Below are positions 61,185-64,000 of a DNA stretch of 64,000 nucleotides, one piece after another. Origin of the DNA: the human T2T-CHM13v2.0 reference genome, Homo sapiens. The position numbers and the translations under genes are program-made. Under the pieces are notes generated by a model. That model searched no databases. It was not told the DNA's origin and saw only the letters and a program-made list of their open reading frames with translations. Position 1 is the stretch's first letter. The number at the start of each line of letters is the position of its first letter. Where the stretch lies: the NCBI RefSeq assembly GCF_009914755.1, contig NC_060944.1; one strand, 5' to 3'.

Positions 61185-62415
61185 TTTTCTTTCATGCTCT
61201 GAAATGCCAGCTCACCCATGTGATTGCAAACCCTTCATAGCCACTAAAACCAAGTGGTTATTCTCACAGAACTGCACCTCAGGCCACTGGGAGGGCTAAG
61301 TGGGACTGGGACATTATTAATGGATTCAGACAAGGTAAGATGAGATCTCTTTGCCTGCAGAAGCCTGAGCTTGCTGACATCTATACCAGGACAGCCTCCG
61401 GAAACTTGGCACAGCCAGGGAGAAAGTCAATAAACCAAGGGCAAGACTGCTGGGATGTAGCACCTTAATATCCTATCAGGTGAACTTGACAATGAGCCCA
61501 GGCGATCCTTGCCCCAGGGGCTTCAATTTGCAATGTCACTGAGGCCTCCAAGAAGTTAGGATTGCCAAACTAGAATGTTCTGTGGAAGTTTGACAGTATA
61601 AGGAGGGGTTATGAGCCAACTGCTACATTAAACTCTGCATTGAACAAGAATTAGGTAATTTTAGCCTAGGGCAAAACATTACCGATCCCCATCATGTGCA
61701 CTGCACTATACTGGCTATGCCTTCAAAGCTGCTCATCGGTGATTTGTATTTTCTGAGACTCAAAGTTGGGAAAGATGGAAACATATGGAAAGAAATTATT
61801 GGAAGTCACCATCACAAGTCAAAAGTGAGAATGTGATCTTTCATATGCTGATTTCATAAAATGTATGTTTCTGATAAGAATAGATACTAGATCTTAGCCA
61901 AAAGAAACAATAGGTGTGTGTTTCTGGTCACTAGAGCACACATTTCTGGTATTTCCCCTCCCCGACACCCCACATCCGCTCAGCACCCAGCATCTTTCAG
62001 CATCCCAATCCAAAATCTTCCTGGGGTCTCTGGGGCCCCTCTGTCCTTGGGAGCAGCCCTCCACCCATGGCTGGTGGGAATGGATTAATAATTAGTCTGG
62101 AAACCTTCCCCACTCTCTCCACCCTGAGATGTGCTGTACGCGGTCTCCCAGCATTCCGTGCCCCAGTTGATTTTGGCAATTACCTGCTTGGTCACAGGGC
62201 CTTTAGTGGCTGTTTTCCTCCCATCTCTCATCCCCATCCCCTGCTAGTGTTTCCTAATGTCACCTCAAACATAAACCTTTGGACTCTTATCCTTGACTAA
62301 GGGGCTTTTCTGGCAGAACACAGAGTAAAACTCACAAAACCCAGAAGTCTGCTTAACATTAAAATTATCTAAAAACTAAAAGGCTAATGATGGTATGAAT
62401 TTCTTATAAAGAATG

Positions 62416-62708
<293 letters not shown>

Positions 62709-63419
62709 ATAATGTTTTAACTGATACTTTGGTTTGAGCTCAGATATGTGTATCTGTTGGGGGTAGTACCAGGCAAAAATGTGAGACAGCTGGAAAACTT
62801 TGTTGTACAGGGTCCTGGGCCTCCCTTACTAGGCTACACATCCAGTGTCCTCATCATACTATCTGGCAACTGTCAGGTTGTCCTGAATGCCCCACTAGGA
62901 ATCCTCCTCTCTTCCCAGATCCCTGTCTCCATTTCATAATCATACTCTCGGTCTTCCTCAACACACCCTCTGACTCTGTGAACATCTACATACTGCACCT
63001 GTGAATCCTGTGGACAAAACCCAACATGTGAATCTCCCCAGACATTCATCCCCACCTGCCACCTTGGAGACATGGTGAGTCTGGCCACAGCTGCCTTTCC
63101 CTCATCTCCTGACAGTGCCGGGTGTTTATGTCCTCCCTGGGTGTGTCAGTCCTCACCAGAGCCTCCATTGCACCCTCCGGGACAGGAACTACAGCAGACC
63201 TAGCACCCCAGTGCAGGCTGCCCAAGCTCTGCCTGCCAGTACTGGACAGAAGTCCCACACCATATGCAGCAGATTAAATAGAGACACAGATCCATCAAAG
63301 TTCCTCCCATCAAGAGCTACAGTCAACTTCCTCTCTCCTTGATTCTGAGCAGGCCCTCTGATTTGCTTTGATCATAGAATGTGGCAGAAGTGGCACTGAG
63401 ATACATGATTTACTAAAAC

Positions 63420-63722
63420 CTGCAGGGGAGAATCCTCCCTTGCCTCTTTCTAGTTTCTTGTGTGTTTCTGGCAATCTGGTTTTCCGTGGCGTATGCATGC
63501 ATCCCTTCGATCTGTCTTCACATAGTGCTCTCCCTGTGTCTCCTCATGTCATCTTCCCTCCGTGCCCATCTACGTGTCCAAATGTCTCCTTTTTATAAAG
63601 ACATCAGTTATATTGGATTACAGCCCACCCTCATCTTAATGATCTCATCTTAACCTCTGTGAGGACCCTATTTCAAGTAAGTGCACATTCTGAGGTACCG
63701 GGGATTAGGATTTTAACACATC
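63420..63722 (-). mobile_element. MLT1A/B-like LTR fragment
   Basis: ggagaatcc..ccttgcctctttctagtttct..gacatcagttatattggatta..cacattctgaggtac.ggggattagga. Confidence 0.8.
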
Positions 63723-63820
63723 CTAGCTTAAAAAGCATCTGGAAAAGGAACCTATCTTATATATCTTTAATACAAACCGTATTAGCATAATTGCTTTTAA
63801 TTTTCTTTTTTAAATAACTC

Positions 63821-64000
<180 letters not shown>

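Overview
Primate genomic DNA, almost certainly human. The only protein-coding sequence is coding exon 1 of RALGAPA2 (minus strand, 1066-1171, 106 nt), which from memory maps to 20p11.23. It sits in a CpG island with a (GGC)14 5' leader repeat, a minimal uORF and a promoter carrying two oppositely oriented ZNF143-type motifs. The remaining ~62 kb is upstream intergenic DNA dominated by interspersed repeats: about 40 Alus, L1, L2/MIR and MLT1/MST/MER4/MER39-like/LTR16-like/LTR12 LTRs. It also holds an Alu-interrupted LLPH processed pseudogene and a full-length 7SL retropseudogene. The most interesting observations are: (i) the poly-Gly frame of the leader repeat runs without a stop into the RALGAPA2 start codon; (ii) an ERV-internal/L1 chimera bounded by one 20-bp target-site duplication (TSD), sharing a TTTTAAAA site with the 7SL copy; (iii) a nested Alu > LLPH retrocopy > three Alus structure; (iv) an LTR12 promoter followed by well-formed candidate exons. 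I see no convincing novel protein-coding system. Repeat subfamily names and most repeat boundaries are by eye and need RepeatMasker/Dfam confirmation.
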